Shown: positions 39,029 through 50,365, counted from the first letter of the stretch. The stretch is DNA of 64,000 nucleotides from Desulfuromonadaceae bacterium (GCA_031970375.1 DALYIM010000001.1:29003-93002); one strand, 5' to 3'. Notes: generated by a model not told the origin, from the letters alone. A program made the numbers and translations.

Positions 39029-39763
39029 TCAACGCAGTTTTTTAGCCACCTCAAACAGGGCGATACCTCCGGCAACCGAAGCATTCAGCGATCCAACCCC
39101 GCCGTGCAGAGGTATCGACATCAGCACATCGCACTGTTTTCTCACCAGCGGCCTGATCCCCTCCCCTTCAGCGCCGATTACCAGCACGACATTTCCTGAA
39201 AAATCGATGTCGTACAATCGCGAAGATGCTTCACCCGTCAGGCCGTAGACCCAGTAGCCTGCTGTTTTCAGCGACTCCAGCGCCTGGGATATATTGGTTA
39301 CCTGCACAACCGGCACCGTTTCGGCCGCTCCGGCTGACGCCTTCTCCGCCGCACCGGTAACACCGCAGGCCCGGTCCCTGGGAATGATGACGGCATTGGC
39401 CCCGGCACAGGCCGCAGAACGGATCAGTGCCCCGAGATTATGGGGATCCTGAATGCCATCCAATACCAGAAGAAGACCGGGAGCCCCGGATTCTGACGCT
39501 TCGGCCACAACCTGATCGATATCAGCATAGGGAAATGGCTCCACGTCAAGGGCCACCCCCTGATGGTGAGACGATCCGCACATCCGCGTCAGGTCCGTCT
39601 TCTCACGTCGGTGCAGCGGCACACCGCGCTGCCCGGCCAGCGCCACAATTTTTTCCAGCCGATGGTCGCTGGCGCCGATCTGCAGGTACAGCGCAAAAGC
39701 CCCGCGCGAACCACGCAGGGCCTCCCGGACAGGATTTACGCCAAAAACGAGGTCACCTTTCAT
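39029..39763 (-). CDS. rlmB: SpoU/TrmH-family 23S rRNA (guanosine-2'-O)-methyltransferase RlmB
   Basis: 244 aa. Contains GVNPV.EAL, LVLDGIQDPHNLGALIRSA, LVIGAEGEGIR and IPLHGGVGSLNASVA. Confidence 0.85.
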   Translation of the reverse strand: MKGDLVFGVNPVREALRGSRGAFALYLQIGASDHRLEKIVALAGQRGVPLHRREKTDLTRMCGSSHHQGVALDVEPFPYADIDQVVAEASESGAPGLLLVLDGIQDPHNLGALIRSAACAGANAVIIPRDRACGVTGAAEKASAGAAETVPVVQVTNISQALESLKTAGYWVYGLTGEASSRLYDIDFSGNVVLVIGAEGEGIRPLVRKQCDVLMSIPLHGGVGSLNASVAGGIALFEVAKKLR

Positions 39764-40497
39764 GGCGCACCGGCCATGATTTCATCGACAATCATACGGG
39801 CGGCGGCGACCGGATCAGAGGCCTTTGCAATCGGACGGCCGATCACCAGATAATCAGCACCTTCGTTGACCGCCTCGACCGGAGTCATGATCCGCTTCTG
39901 GTCATCGGCAGCGGCAAAGGAGGGCCGCACGCCAGGGGTTACGATCAGAAAATCGGGGCCGCAGGCTTCCCGGATCAGCCCTATCTCAAGCGGCGAGGCC
40001 ACCACGCCGTCCATGCCGGCATTACGGGCCAGCTGGGCCAGTCGCACCACCATATCCCGAACCGGCCGGTCAATGCCGACCCCGCGCAGGGTTTCTTCGG
40101 TGGATGATGTCAGAACCGTCACCGCAAGCAGTTTCGGGCGATCATCACCAAATTCCTTCCTCACCGCCGAAGCAGCCGTTGCCATCATCTCCTCGCCCCC
40201 CAGGGCATGGAGGTTCGCCAACTGCACGCCCATGCGGGCAGCTTCGACCATTGCTTTAGCCACCGTATTGGGAATATCGTGGTACTTAAGATCGAGGAAC
40301 ACCCGGCCGCCATGGCACTGAACCAGCCTCACCGCCTCGGGACCGGTGGCAGTGAACAGCTCTTTACCGACCTTGAACATGCCGACATGGCCGGCCAGCC
40401 GTTCCGACCAGAGTTCGATATCGTCCAAACCGTTCACGTCGAGGGCAAAAATAATCTTGTCACGCGCTGCTTCGGGTGTCATGGCCACCTCGGTCAA
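39760..40497 (-). CDS. pyrF: Orotidine 5'-phosphate decarboxylase
   Basis: 245 aa. Contains IFALDV, FLDLKYHDIPNTV and a C-terminal LVIGRPI motif. Confidence 0.95.
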   Translation of the reverse strand: MTEVAMTPEAARDKIIFALDVNGLDDIELWSERLAGHVGMFKVGKELFTATGPEAVRLVQCHGGRVFLDLKYHDIPNTVAKAMVEAARMGVQLANLHALGGEEMMATAASAVRKEFGDDRPKLLAVTVLTSSTEETLRGVGIDRPVRDMVVRLAQLARNAGMDGVVASPLEIGLIREACGPDFLIVTPGVRPSFAAADDQKRIMTPVEAVNEGADYLVIGRPIAKASDPVAAARMIVDEIMAGAP

Positions 40498-40572
40498 TTA
40501 TGGAGTAGGTGTGCGGAAGCGGCTGCACACTGAACAATCCGATGCTCCATCAGAACATCCGGGCGAAAGTGA

Positions 40573-41121
40573 CTAACCAACCAGCTGACTCTTGGTAAAA
40601 AGTGCTTTCAGCCAGTAGCCTTCGGCTTCGATATTTTCGCGGCCGCCTTCCTCTCGGTCGACGAGCGTCACAATGCCGAGGACGTCCAGCCCCTCTTCCT
40701 TGGCCCGGTTAACCGCCTTCATGGACGACCCGCCCGTGGTAACAACATCCTCGACAATGACGACCTTCGTGCCGGGCGGCAGGTTCTTGCGTCCTTCCAG
40801 CCACTGGCCGGTGCCATGTCCCTTCGGCTCCTTGCGGATGATGAAGGCGTGGATGCTCTTCCCGTCGAGATGTGCCGCGATTGAGGTCGCAGTGGCAATC
40901 GGATCGGCACCGAGGGTGATGCCGCCCACCGCCTGGACACCATCCACATCCTTCACCGCTTCGTAAAACAGCTTGCCGACAAGCCAGCCACCTTCAGCAT
41001 GAAGGGTGGTCTGCTTGCCGTCGAAGTAGAAATCGCTCTGGCGACCCGATGCCAGGGTTACCAGCCGTTTTTCGTAGGACAGCTCCAGGATGATCTGCTT
41101 CAATCGTTCGCGTTCAGTCAT
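40573..41121 (-). CDS. pyrE: Orotate phosphoribosyltransferase
   Basis: Trimmed to ATG 41121, which overlaps the purF stop (ATGACTGA). 182 aa. Contains [12 protein letters not shown] and the PRPP motif [13 protein letters not shown]. Confidence 0.9.
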   Translation of the reverse strand: MTERERLKQIILELSYEKRLVTLASGRQSDFYFDGKQTTLHAEGGWLVGKLFYEAVKDVDGVQAVGGITLGADPIATATSIAAHLDGKSIHAFIIRKEPKGHGTGQWLEGRKNLPPGTKVVIVEDVVTTGGSSMKAVNRAKEEGLDVLGIVTLVDREEGGRENIEAEGYWLKALFTKSQLVG

Positions 41122-42544
41122 GTTCTTTGTAATCCTCCTCGGTAAATAGTCCCATCTGCGGTTTATCGACAGGCTTGGGAAATGCAACCGGATAATCACC
41201 GGCAAAACAGGCCTTGCAGAACTCAGTTCCCCCAACGCCGACCGAAGATACCAGACCATCTTCAGAGAGGTATCCCAGGGAATCGGCAGTGATGTATCGA
41301 CAGATCTCCTCGATCGAGTGGGATGATGAGATCAGCTCCTTTCGATTCGGGGTGTCAATACCGTAGTAACAAGGGTAGCTCGTGGGGGGTGATGAAATAC
41401 GCATATGCACTTCGCTGGCCCCGGCATTTCTGACCATTTTGACAATCTTGCGCGACGTGGTGCCCCGAACGATCGAATCGTCGATCACCACCACCCGTTT
41501 GCCCTTCAATAGTTCGCGCACCGGATTAAGCTTGATCTTGACACCAAAATGGCGGATCGATTGGGCCGGCTCGATAAAGGTCCGCCCGACATAGTGGTTG
41601 CGGATCAGCCCCAGTTCGAACGGAATGCCTGATTCCTCGGCATACCCCATGGCAGCGGGCACACCGGAATCAGGCACGGCGATCACCACATCCGCTTCTA
41701 TCGGGTACTCCCGGGCGAGTTGGCGCCCAAGCTCCTTACGGGCCATGTAGACGTTTTTTCCGAAGATGTACGAATCGGGGCGGGCAAAATACACAAACTC
41801 GAAAATGCAGGGGGTCGGTGTGACCTTCTTGAACGGGAACAGCGACTCGATCGCCCCGTCACGGGTGCAGACAATCATCTCACCCGGTTCGATCTCCCGC
41901 ACGAACTCCGCTTCGATCAGGTCGAGGGCACAGCTTTCCGAAGCCACCACCCAACCGTCCCCCAGCTTTCCGAGACAAAGCGGCCGGAACCCGTTCGGGT
42001 CACGGACAGCGATCATGCGGGATTCGGTCAGAAACAGAAGACAGTATGCCCCTTTGATCCGATTCAGCGAGTCGACGATCCGGTCAACCAGTGAGTTGGT
42101 CCGGGAAATCGCCAGCAGGTGGATGATGATTTCCGTATCCATGGTAGTCTGAAATATCGAGCCGTAGGCCTCCAGTTCAGCCTTCAGTATCTGGGCATTG
42201 ACCAGGTTGCCGTTGTGTGCCACGGCGATGGAACCGCGGGAATAATCGACCATGATCGGCTGGACATTCTTCTCGACCGACGCACCGGCTGTGGAATAGC
42301 GAACATGTCCAATAGCCGATGTACCTGGAAGCTTTTTAAAAATTTCTGGATTTCCAAAAACATCAGCAACCAGCCCCATCCGCTTGTGGGCGTATAACCC
42401 ACCTCCGTCTGATGAGACAATACCACAGCTTTCCTGGCCGCGATGCTGGAGGGCGTACAGTCCGAGATAGGTCAGGTTGGAGGCTTCAGGATGGCCGTAA
42501 ACGCCGAAAATACCGCATTCTTCCTGGGGGCGGGTAAAGTTCAT
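41114..42544 (-). CDS. purF: Amidophosphoribosyltransferase
   Basis: 476 aa. N-terminal nucleophile context ECGIFGVYG, the PRTase motif [13 protein letters not shown], and C-terminal Cys ligands. Confidence 0.95.
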   Translation of the reverse strand: MNFTRPQEECGIFGVYGHPEASNLTYLGLYALQHRGQESCGIVSSDGGGLYAHKRMGLVADVFGNPEIFKKLPGTSAIGHVRYSTAGASVEKNVQPIMVDYSRGSIAVAHNGNLVNAQILKAELEAYGSIFQTTMDTEIIIHLLAISRTNSLVDRIVDSLNRIKGAYCLLFLTESRMIAVRDPNGFRPLCLGKLGDGWVVASESCALDLIEAEFVREIEPGEMIVCTRDGAIESLFPFKKVTPTPCIFEFVYFARPDSYIFGKNVYMARKELGRQLAREYPIEADVVIAVPDSGVPAAMGYAEESGIPFELGLIRNHYVGRTFIEPAQSIRHFGVKIKLNPVRELLKGKRVVVIDDSIVRGTTSRKIVKMVRNAGASEVHMRISSPPTSYPCYYGIDTPNRKELISSSHSIEEICRYITADSLGYLSEDGLVSSVGVGGTEFCKACFAGDYPVAFPKPVDKPQMGLFTEEDYKEHD

Positions 42545-43371
42545 ATCAGATTCTCCCTTATGTACTCCGCCGCATTTTTGTACAGTACCAGACCATCTCC
42601 ATCTTCGGGCAGTTCTTCACGGGTCCAACGTGGATGCTGGGTGTAGTGGACAAATGCCTCAGGGTGCGGCATGAGCCCCATCAGACGGCCGGTCGGGTCG
42701 CAGAGCCCGGCAATGGCATTGGTTGAGCCGTTGGGATTGGCCGGAAACTGCATGTTAGGCTCACCGTAGTCAGGTCCACTGTACTTTAGAACAGAGAGAT
42801 GTTCCTGCTCGATCCGGGCAAGCACAGCATCAGATTCGCAGAGCATTTTACCCTCCCCATGGCGTACCGGCAGGTAGAGCCCCCCCGTGATTCCCGCGGT
42901 AAAGACACAGGGAGAAGCGTCATCAACCTTGAGATAACACCAGCGATCCTGGAAACGGCCGCAGTCGTTATGGGTCAATGTCACCGTCTGGGACAGATAA
43001 CGGCCGTCAAATCCGGGCAGCATCCCCATCTTGACCATCAACTGGAAGCCGTTGCAGACCCCGAGGATCAGCTTGCCGTCGGCAATGAAGCGTATGAACT
43101 GATCCACCAGTTTCTCGCCGCTGCCACAGACCGCAGCATGGGTCAGGCGGTTGGCCTGGGCCTTGGCGCTTCCAAGGTCATCACCATCGAGAAAACCGCC
43201 GGTCAGGTTGAGGAAATGGAAATCATCCAGCCGCAGCTCGCCGGAGAGAATTTCAGCGATATGGGCGATGACAGCCTCGTCGAATCCCCCCAGTCGGCAG
43301 GCATGGGCAGCCTCGTTCTCGCAGTTGGTGCCGTTACCAGTTATAACTAGTGCGCGTGTCTTTGATTCCAT
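42541..43371 (-). CDS. purQ: Phosphoribosylformylglycinamidine synthase, glutaminase subunit
   Basis: 276 aa. Class I GATase triad context LGVCNGFQ and PHPE. Confidence 0.88.
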   Translation of the reverse strand: MESKTRALVITGNGTNCENEAAHACRLGGFDEAVIAHIAEILSGELRLDDFHFLNLTGGFLDGDDLGSAKAQANRLTHAAVCGSGEKLVDQFIRFIADGKLILGVCNGFQLMVKMGMLPGFDGRYLSQTVTLTHNDCGRFQDRWCYLKVDDASPCVFTAGITGGLYLPVRHGEGKMLCESDAVLARIEQEHLSVLKYSGPDYGEPNMQFPANPNGSTNAIAGLCDPTGRLMGLMPHPEAFVHYTQHPRWTREELPEDGDGLVLYKNAAEYIRENLI

Positions 43372-43372
43372 C

Positions 43373-46363
43373 TTACAGCTCCCTCAAGGTTTTCTGCCAG
43401 GCTTCCTTCAGCTCCGCCAGGTCGGCCATGATCACGTCGTGTCCCTCTATGGCCTCGATTGCCAACACCTGATCCCCGGTGACCATGCCAATCCGCGACC
43501 AGCAGGTCTCACCCATGATTTCCTCGAAGGCTTCATGGTCCTCGCGACGAACCGTGACCAGCAAGCGCGAGGCTGATTCCGAAAAAAGCAGTGCAACATC
43601 ATTCCAGCCGTCTTCCGGGCCGCTCCAGGCGACTTTAGAGAGGTCCAGACGCATACCGAAACCGCCCGAGAAGGCTGATTCGGCTGCGGCCACCGCCAGG
43701 CCACCGTCGGACAGGTCGTGGCACGAGGCCACCAGCCCGGCATCCACCGTCGCAAGGTACGCCCGGTATCGTTCTAACGCTGTGGCAGTATCAACCTTCG
43801 GCACTCGGTTGCCGACCATGCCCTGCATCGCCAGGTATTCCGAGCCACCCAGTTCGTTCGAGGTCGCCCCCAGCAGGTAGACGATGTCCCCGGCGCGCTT
43901 GACATCCATGGTCACCGCCCTGCGGGCATCTTCAATCTTACCGATGACCGAGAAAAGCAGCGTCGGCGGTATTGAAATCTTGACGCCACCGTCATAGAAG
44001 TCGTTCTTCATGGAGTCCTTGCCTGACACCAGCGGCAGACTGTAGGCCATACAGACGTCATAGAGCGCCTGGTTGGAACGCACCAGCTGGGCCATCTTGT
44101 AGGGGCCGTCCGGGGTCTTCTCCGACAGCACCGGATCACACCAGCAGAAATTGTCCAGACCGGCCACCAGGTCGAGGGAACCGCCAACAGCGACATAATT
44201 GCGCAGCGCCTCATCGATGGCGTTGGCGGTCATGTGGTAGGTATCGATATCCGAGTAGCGCGGGCAGATACCGTGGGCGGTAACAACCCCTTCAAAGGAG
44301 TCAAGCAGCGGCCTGACGACGGCAGCATCAGAAGGGCCGTCGTTAGCAATGCCGGTGAATGGCTTGACCACCGACCCTCCCTGCACCTCGTGGTCATAGC
44401 GGCGCACCACCGACTCCTTGGAGCAGATATTGAGCCGTGCCAGAAGTTGTATGAGGTCGCCGGTATAATCCATCTTCTCCACAAGTTCCGGCTCTTCATT
44501 GACCGGTGGTATCCACCTGGCCGGCAGTTGCATGGGGGGTAGCCCTTCGTGCATGAATTCCATCGGCAGGTACGCCACCGTACGGTCACCGTACATGATC
44601 TGAAACACGCCGTTGTCGGTGAACTCGCCCAGCACGGTTGCCTCGACACCAAAACGGCCTGCCATGGCCAGAAACTCGTCGATCTTTTCCGGAGGTACCG
44701 CCATGCTCATCCGTTCCTGCGCCTCTGAAATCAGTATTTCCCAGGGGTTAAGACCGGGATATTTAAGCGGTGCTTTCGCAAGATCCATTCTGCAGCCGCC
44801 ACACTCACCCGACATCTCTCCGATCGATGACGAGAGGCCGCCGGCACCGTTGTCGGTGATAAATCGATACAGTCCTTTGTCGCGGGCGCGGATCAGGAAA
44901 TCGAACATCCTCTTCTGAGTGATCGGGTCACCAATCTGCACCGCCGTCACCGGAGAATTTTCGTTCAACTCCTCGGAAGAGAAGGTGGCGCCATGGATAC
45001 CGTCCTTACCGATGCGACCGCCGGCCATGACAATCAGGTCGCCCGGTCTGATCGATTTTTCATGACCGGGAATACCGTTGACCTCGGCCGGCATCAGTCC
45101 GGCAGTGCCGCAAAATACCAGCGGCTTGCCACAAAATCGCTCGTCAAAGACGATCGAACCGTTGACCGTCGGAATACCGCTCTTATTGCCGCCATGCTCG
45201 ACTCCTTCGACAACTCCTTCGTAGATGCGGCGCGGATGCAGCAGACGCTTCGGCAAAGGCTTCTCGTAGAACGGATCGGCAAAACAGAAGACGTCGGTGT
45301 TGAAGATCAGCTTGGAACCCTGGCCGGTCCCGAACGGGTCGCGGTTGACGCCGACGATGCCGGTCAGCGCCCCGCCGTACGGATCGAGTGCCGACGGTGA
45401 ATTATGGGTCTCGACCTTGAAAACCAGCGACCACCTGTCGTTGAATCTGATGACACCGGCGTTGTCCTTGAAGACCGACAGACAGAAATCCTTTTCCCCC
45501 ATCTTCTCGCGCACGTCCTTCGTGGTGCGCTGGATGAACGATTTGAACAGGGACCTGATCTCCTGCCGGTTACCACTTTCATCCTCATACTGCACGGTTC
45601 CGGCAAAAATCTTGTGCTTGCAGTGCTCCGACCAGGTCTGGGCCAGGCACTCCAGCTCGACATCGGTCGGCTTGGTGCCGAGACCGTACTTCTGACGTTC
45701 AGCCACAACCTTTGGATCCCGGTAATGGGCCTGGATGATCCTCATCTCATCAAGGGTCAGGGCCAGGACGCCGTCCTTGCTGATACGCATCAGTTCCTCG
45801 TCAGAAACTTCGAGGTCGATCTCGAGAACTTCGGCCTTCGTCTCACCGATGACTTTGGGTACAAAGGCCGGGAACCCTCGTTTGAGGGCAAAGTCAGCCG
45901 CAGAGAGAATCGAATAGCGCTGAATAAGGGTATTGCAGAGCAGTCCGGTGGCGATCTTTTCAACGTCTTCGGCAGTGATGGCGCCTGAAAGCAGATACTG
46001 AACGGAATGATAAACCCCCTCCCCCGCTCCGAAGGGACGACCGGTCAGGTATTCGACCGCCTCGCGGGCGGTACGTCCGACGTTGTCAGTGACACCGGGC
46101 CGAAAACCGACTTCGACGGCAAAATCGAACCCAGCTGCCAACGGCCGGCCGATACTCCATTCCTGGATCACCGGATCACAAAATGGCCCGGCAGCCGCCT
46201 GCCGGAGCTCTTCATCCGAAAGTGCGGCATCAACGGTATAGACATCGATGGTACGCACCGCCGTTACCGGCAGGGTCAGGAAATGAGCTATCTCTCGCTT
46301 GATACGCTCGCCGCGGGAGTCTCGTACATTGTTTTTTAGTGCCGCCTCTATTCTATGTGCCAT
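43373..46363 (-). CDS. purL: Phosphoribosylformylglycinamidine synthase, synthetase subunit with an extended N-terminal (PurS/FGAM-N-like) region
   Basis: Track ORF starts at TTG 46399; ATG 46363 (MAHRIEAAL..) is preferred. 996 aa, with the AIR-synthase-related duplicated domains (ETHNSPSALDPYGGA, DNGAGGLSSS). Confidence 0.88.
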   Translation of the reverse strand: MAHRIEAALKNNVRDSRGERIKREIAHFLTLPVTAVRTIDVYTVDAALSDEELRQAAAGPFCDPVIQEWSIGRPLAAGFDFAVEVGFRPGVTDNVGRTAREAVEYLTGRPFGAGEGVYHSVQYLLSGAITAEDVEKIATGLLCNTLIQRYSILSAADFALKRGFPAFVPKVIGETKAEVLEIDLEVSDEELMRISKDGVLALTLDEMRIIQAHYRDPKVVAERQKYGLGTKPTDVELECLAQTWSEHCKHKIFAGTVQYEDESGNRQEIRSLFKSFIQRTTKDVREKMGEKDFCLSVFKDNAGVIRFNDRWSLVFKVETHNSPSALDPYGGALTGIVGVNRDPFGTGQGSKLIFNTDVFCFADPFYEKPLPKRLLHPRRIYEGVVEGVEHGGNKSGIPTVNGSIVFDERFCGKPLVFCGTAGLMPAEVNGIPGHEKSIRPGDLIVMAGGRIGKDGIHGATFSSEELNENSPVTAVQIGDPITQKRMFDFLIRARDKGLYRFITDNGAGGLSSSIGEMSGECGGCRMDLAKAPLKYPGLNPWEILISEAQERMSMAVPPEKIDEFLAMAGRFGVEATVLGEFTDNGVFQIMYGDRTVAYLPMEFMHEGLPPMQLPARWIPPVNEEPELVEKMDYTGDLIQLLARLNICSKESVVRRYDHEVQGGSVVKPFTGIANDGPSDAAVVRPLLDSFEGVVTAHGICPRYSDIDTYHMTANAIDEALRNYVAVGGSLDLVAGLDNFCWCDPVLSEKTPDGPYKMAQLVRSNQALYDVCMAYSLPLVSGKDSMKNDFYDGGVKISIPPTLLFSVIGKIEDARRAVTMDVKRAGDIVYLLGATSNELGGSEYLAMQGMVGNRVPKVDTATALERYRAYLATVDAGLVASCHDLSDGGLAVAAAESAFSGGFGMRLDLSKVAWSGPEDGWNDVALLFSESASRLLVTVRREDHEAFEEIMGETCWSRIGMVTGDQVLAIEAIEGHDVIMADLAELKEAWQKTLREL

Positions 46364-46400
46364 ATCACGTCCCGGTCTGGAAATCTTAAGCCTTATCAAT

Positions 46401-47567
46401 TCACTTCTTGACGAACGTAACCTCTACCCTTTTGTTGCCTTCAGGGTTCGATTTGGGATAAATCGGCTCGGCTGAACCGGCACCAAGGGCCTCGACGGCA
46501 GCAGGGTCGAACTTGCCCTTCTCCAGCAGCGCTTCACGGATCAGGCGGGCCATGCGATCAGTGGCCGATGCATCCTCACTTTTGGCCGGCTGGCCAAAAC
46601 CATGGACTTTGAGCTTTGCCCGATATTCCGAATATTTTTTGAGCAGTTCTGAAATTTTTCCCAGAGTCTTTTCACCTTCGGCGGTAAGCATATCGTTCTT
46701 CGGCGATTTAAGCATCGCAGAACGGACAAAAATTACCGTCATTGTGTCGGAGCCCGGCTTCAGCACACCACCCAGGCTGCCAACCTCTGAAACAAATTCC
46801 TTGTGGCGGTTAAGAGCCTCAATCTGCTCCCGACTCTGGCTTTCAACGGCGCCCTTGGCAGCCGCCAGTGATGCGACATCACGTTTCAGGCGCGTGATTT
46901 CGGCGCGGGCCTTGTCCAATTCGGCACCAGCCGTCAGCACGGATTGTTTCAGCGACTGGATTTCAGCCATCTGGCCGGCAATTTTCTGATCAGCGGCCGA
47001 ACCGGTTAACGTGCGGGCGCCAAGATCAGCCTCAAGGCTGGCAACCCGTAAGGCAAGTCTGCCATTCTCGTCTTTTGCAGAAGCAAGCTGCTTCGTCAGA
47101 TCGGCAATCGAGGAGGAACTCCGCCCGGCCTCATCACGCAATCGGCTTATTTCCGCGTTTTTATCATCAAAAATCTTGATACGTGACTTCAACTCGGCAA
47201 CCTGGCCCTCAAGCCGGCTGCGTTCCTGCTGCTGACTGATTTTACCGGCCCGGGAAAGCACCACAGAGGCCTGCAGTTCTGCCATGGCTGAGAAGTATCG
47301 CACGGTCGGTTCAGCTTTCGGATCAAGCGTACCGGTCCAGGAAAGATTCTTCTTATACTCGGCTTCGGCATTGCGAATAAAGTTTCTGGCGATAAGAACC
47401 TCATCGGTAAAGTTTTGAAGGTCGGCTGCCCGGGACGACGCCTTTTCGACCAACGACTGGGCAGCCTGAACATAGGCGGGATAGACCGGCTCATCGGCAG
47501 CTACCGACAGCACAGGTGACAGTATAAGCAAACCTGCCAGCACAACCCTGATGACCAGACTGATCAT
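46401..47567 (-). CDS. Secreted coiled-coil protein with a C-terminal OmpA/MotB-like peptidoglycan-binding domain
   Basis: 388 aa. Signal peptide, about 200 aa of heptad-rich sequence (AELKSRIK.., ASLEADL.., ITRLKRDV..), and a C-terminal OmpA-like fold ending NKRVEVTFVKK. Confidence 0.72.
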   Translation of the reverse strand: MISLVIRVVLAGLLILSPVLSVAADEPVYPAYVQAAQSLVEKASSRAADLQNFTDEVLIARNFIRNAEAEYKKNLSWTGTLDPKAEPTVRYFSAMAELQASVVLSRAGKISQQQERSRLEGQVAELKSRIKIFDDKNAEISRLRDEAGRSSSSIADLTKQLASAKDENGRLALRVASLEADLGARTLTGSAADQKIAGQMAEIQSLKQSVLTAGAELDKARAEITRLKRDVASLAAAKGAVESQSREQIEALNRHKEFVSEVGSLGGVLKPGSDTMTVIFVRSAMLKSPKNDMLTAEGEKTLGKISELLKKYSEYRAKLKVHGFGQPAKSEDASATDRMARLIREALLEKGKFDPAAVEALGAGSAEPIYPKSNPEGNKRVEVTFVKK

Positions 47568-47959
47568 TGCGCATCTCCTTTCCCAGCCAGAATGGCCGAT
47601 AGACGACGTTCCAGTCCGGACAGTTCTTTGCGGGCCGTATCGGTTTCGCTGGCGGCAGCCCGCTCTTCTGACTGGGCGCCGGCCAGCGCAACCTGCAGGA
47701 GAGCCATTTCAACCGCCTCGCGGGTGGCCTTGTCACTTCCGGACTTGAGACCGTCCTGGGCCGCTGCCATACTGGCCACCGCCCCCTTGATCGTTTCGGG
47801 GGCAAAACGGGCCGCCGGAGTCCCCGGAAGCGCCTCCACCAGAGCTTTTACTTTCTGGTACTTCTCCATGGTTGCTGGCTGCACACCGCTCTCATCGCCC
47901 GCATAAACGCCGCAGGCCATCAACAGAACCATCACCGCCGCTGCTCCAACGTTTTTCAT
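47564..47959 (-). CDS. DUF4398-like small secreted/lipoprotein
   Basis: 131 aa. Signal/lipobox-like LLMACG and an Ala-rich helical body; overlaps the OmpA-like gene by 4 nt. Confidence 0.6.
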   Translation of the reverse strand: MKNVGAAAVMVLLMACGVYAGDESGVQPATMEKYQKVKALVEALPGTPAARFAPETIKGAVASMAAAQDGLKSGSDKATREAVEMALLQVALAGAQSEERAAASETDTARKELSGLERRLSAILAGKGDAQ

Positions 47960-47976
47960 GCCGGTTCCTCCCGTCT

Positions 47977-49017
47977 TCAGGACTGGTGCACCTGTTCAAC
48001 CCGGACCGTCCGGACCGGGAATGGAATTTCAATACCGCGCTCACGGAAACAGCTGATAATCCTGGTGTTAACCCGGTCAGTGACCGAAAACAGAGCCGAA
48101 TACTCTTCGACCCAGAAAAAGAGCGTCATATTGAGTGCAGAATCACCGAAGGAGACAAAATACGATTCAGGTTCAGGGTCCTTCAGCACGCCATCTGATT
48201 CAAGGGCCGTATCCACAAGCAGGCGCTTGACCTGTTCCACATCGCTACCGTAGGCGATCCCCACATTGATACGCCCCTTGACCCTCTGGTCGGGAAAGGC
48301 CTGGTTGGTCAGCATGGTATTGCAGAGATCAGAATTGGGAATAATCAGCTGCTGATTGTCAAGGGTCTTGATCTTGGTACTGCGCAGGCCGATGTCAAGC
48401 ACATCGCCCACCTGCCCGCTGGCCAGTTGGATCCGGTCCCCGATCCGGAACGGGCGGTCGAGCATCAGCGTAAAACCTGAAATCATGTGGGCCAGGGTAT
48501 CCTTGGCAGCCATACCGATCGCCAGCGATCCGATACCGAGCGCCGTCACAAGCGAAAAAATATCATAATTGAAGTGTTTGAGAATGATAATCAACGCGGC
48601 ACCGATCAGGAAGAGCGATACGACCTTCTCGGCAATCGGCACCATCTGGCGCGACATGACCGATGCGGCTGAATCCTGCCGGCTGGCGACGAACCACTGC
48701 AGGAGTTCATCGAGGGCGTGGTAGACCACGCTGCAGACTATCACCACCAGGATGATGTAGATCCCTCCGGAAAGTATGCTGAAGAGCTTCTCGTGGAGCG
48801 GGAGGGAACGAATTGCCAGATAGGCACCGAGTACGACCAGCAGCCGGTAAACATGGGGGATGACCCGCTGCAAGATCCGATCATCCAGATCAGTTGACGT
48901 GAACGACGTCAGCTTGGCACCCCATTTGGAGAGAATCAACACAGCCAGCTGGGCCAAGACCAAAAAGAGCGTGATGATCAGCAGCGCACCCAGAATTTCC
49001 TTCGCCCAGAACAGCAT
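47977..49017 (-). CDS. MscS-family mechanosensitive channel
   Basis: Trimmed to ATG 49017 to avoid overlap with purB. TM helices followed by the MscS beta-domain motif FRIGDRIQL..GDVLDIGLRSTKIKTLDNQQLIIPNS. Confidence 0.8.
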   Translation of the reverse strand: MLFWAKEILGALLIITLFLVLAQLAVLILSKWGAKLTSFTSTDLDDRILQRVIPHVYRLLVVLGAYLAIRSLPLHEKLFSILSGGIYIILVVIVCSVVYHALDELLQWFVASRQDSAASVMSRQMVPIAEKVVSLFLIGAALIIILKHFNYDIFSLVTALGIGSLAIGMAAKDTLAHMISGFTLMLDRPFRIGDRIQLASGQVGDVLDIGLRSTKIKTLDNQQLIIPNSDLCNTMLTNQAFPDQRVKGRINVGIAYGSDVEQVKRLLVDTALESDGVLKDPEPESYFVSFGDSALNMTLFFWVEEYSALFSVTDRVNTRIISCFRERGIEIPFPVRTVRVEQVHQS

Positions 49018-49069
49018 CGGGCCATCCGTCTCGATCGGACGGAGAATGCCCTGTATAACAAATATAAGC

Positions 49070-50365
49070 TTATTCACCGAAAACCCGCTTGAAGATGGTA
49101 TCCACATGCTTCAGGTGGTAGTTGAGGTCGAAGGATTCACGGATCTTGGCCTCGCCCAAGGCTCCGACAACCTCCAGATCAGCCAGAAGCTCGGTCTGAA
49201 AGTCCTTACCCTCCTCCCACACCTTCATGGCGTTTTTCTGCACCAGTCGGTAGGCGTCCTCGCGGGAAACGCCGGCCTGGGTCAGGTCGAGCAGGATTTT
49301 CTGGGAGAACACCAGGCCCTTCATCTGATTGAGGTTTTTGCGCATGTTGTCGGGGTAGACAACCAGATTCCTTATCAGTCCGTTCAGGCGACGGAGGGAA
49401 AAATCAAGGGCAACGGTGGCATCCGGCCCGATGTAGCGCTCCACCGACGAATGGGAAATGTCGCGTTCATGCCAGAGAGCCACATTTTCGAGAGCCGGGA
49501 TGCACATTGACCGGACGTAGCGGGCCTGGCCGGTCAGGTTCTCCGAGAGGATCGGGTTGCGCTTGTGGGGCATGGCCGACGACCCCTTCTGTCCTTTGGT
49601 AAACTGCTCTTCGGCCTCCAGCACCTCGGTGCGCTGAAGGTGACGGACCTCGATGGCGATCCGCTCCATGGAGGAGGCGATGATTGACAGGGTGCAGAAA
49701 TACTCGGCATGGCGGTCACGGGGGATGACTTGCGTGGAAACCGGCTCCGGCTTCAGCCCCATTTTTCTGCAGACATACTCCTCCACAAAGGGATCGATGT
49801 TGGCAAAAGTGCCGACCGCACCGGAGATGGCACCGGTGGCGATGTTCTCGCGGGCAGCCCGGAGGCGGGTACGGTTGCGGTCCATCTCGGCATAGAAGGA
49901 GGCCAGCTTGAGGCCGAAGGTGACTGGCTCGGCATGGATACCGTGGGAACGTCCCATGCAGACCGTGTCCTTGTGCTCGTAGGCACGGACCTTGATGGAT
50001 TCCAGCAGGGTATCGATATCAGCCAGCAGTTCGTCAGCGGCCTGAACCATCTGCACCGACAGGCAGGTATCCAGAACGTCTGATGAGGTCATGCCCTGGT
50101 GGATGAAGCGTGCCTCGGGTCCGACAAATTCGGCCACCGAGGTCAGAAAGGCGATCACGTCATGCTTGACCTCTAACTCGATGGCATCGATCCGCTCGAT
50201 ATTGAAATCGCCTTTTTCGCGGATGACCGGAACGACCTCTTTGGGGATCACTCCAAGCTCGGCCTGGGCCTCGCAGGCCAGGGTCTCGATCTCAAGCCAG
50301 ATCCGGAAGCGATTCTCCGGTTCCCATATTTTCGCCATATCGGGGCGTGTGTAGCGTGGTATCAT
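49070..50365 (-). CDS. purB: Adenylosuccinate lyase
   Basis: 431 aa. Fumarate-lyase signature GSSAMPHKRNP. Confidence 0.95.
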   Translation of the reverse strand: MIPRYTRPDMAKIWEPENRFRIWLEIETLACEAQAELGVIPKEVVPVIREKGDFNIERIDAIELEVKHDVIAFLTSVAEFVGPEARFIHQGMTSSDVLDTCLSVQMVQAADELLADIDTLLESIKVRAYEHKDTVCMGRSHGIHAEPVTFGLKLASFYAEMDRNRTRLRAARENIATGAISGAVGTFANIDPFVEEYVCRKMGLKPEPVSTQVIPRDRHAEYFCTLSIIASSMERIAIEVRHLQRTEVLEAEEQFTKGQKGSSAMPHKRNPILSENLTGQARYVRSMCIPALENVALWHERDISHSSVERYIGPDATVALDFSLRRLNGLIRNLVVYPDNMRKNLNQMKGLVFSQKILLDLTQAGVSREDAYRLVQKNAMKVWEEGKDFQTELLADLEVVGALGEAKIRESFDLNYHLKHVDTIFKRVFGE

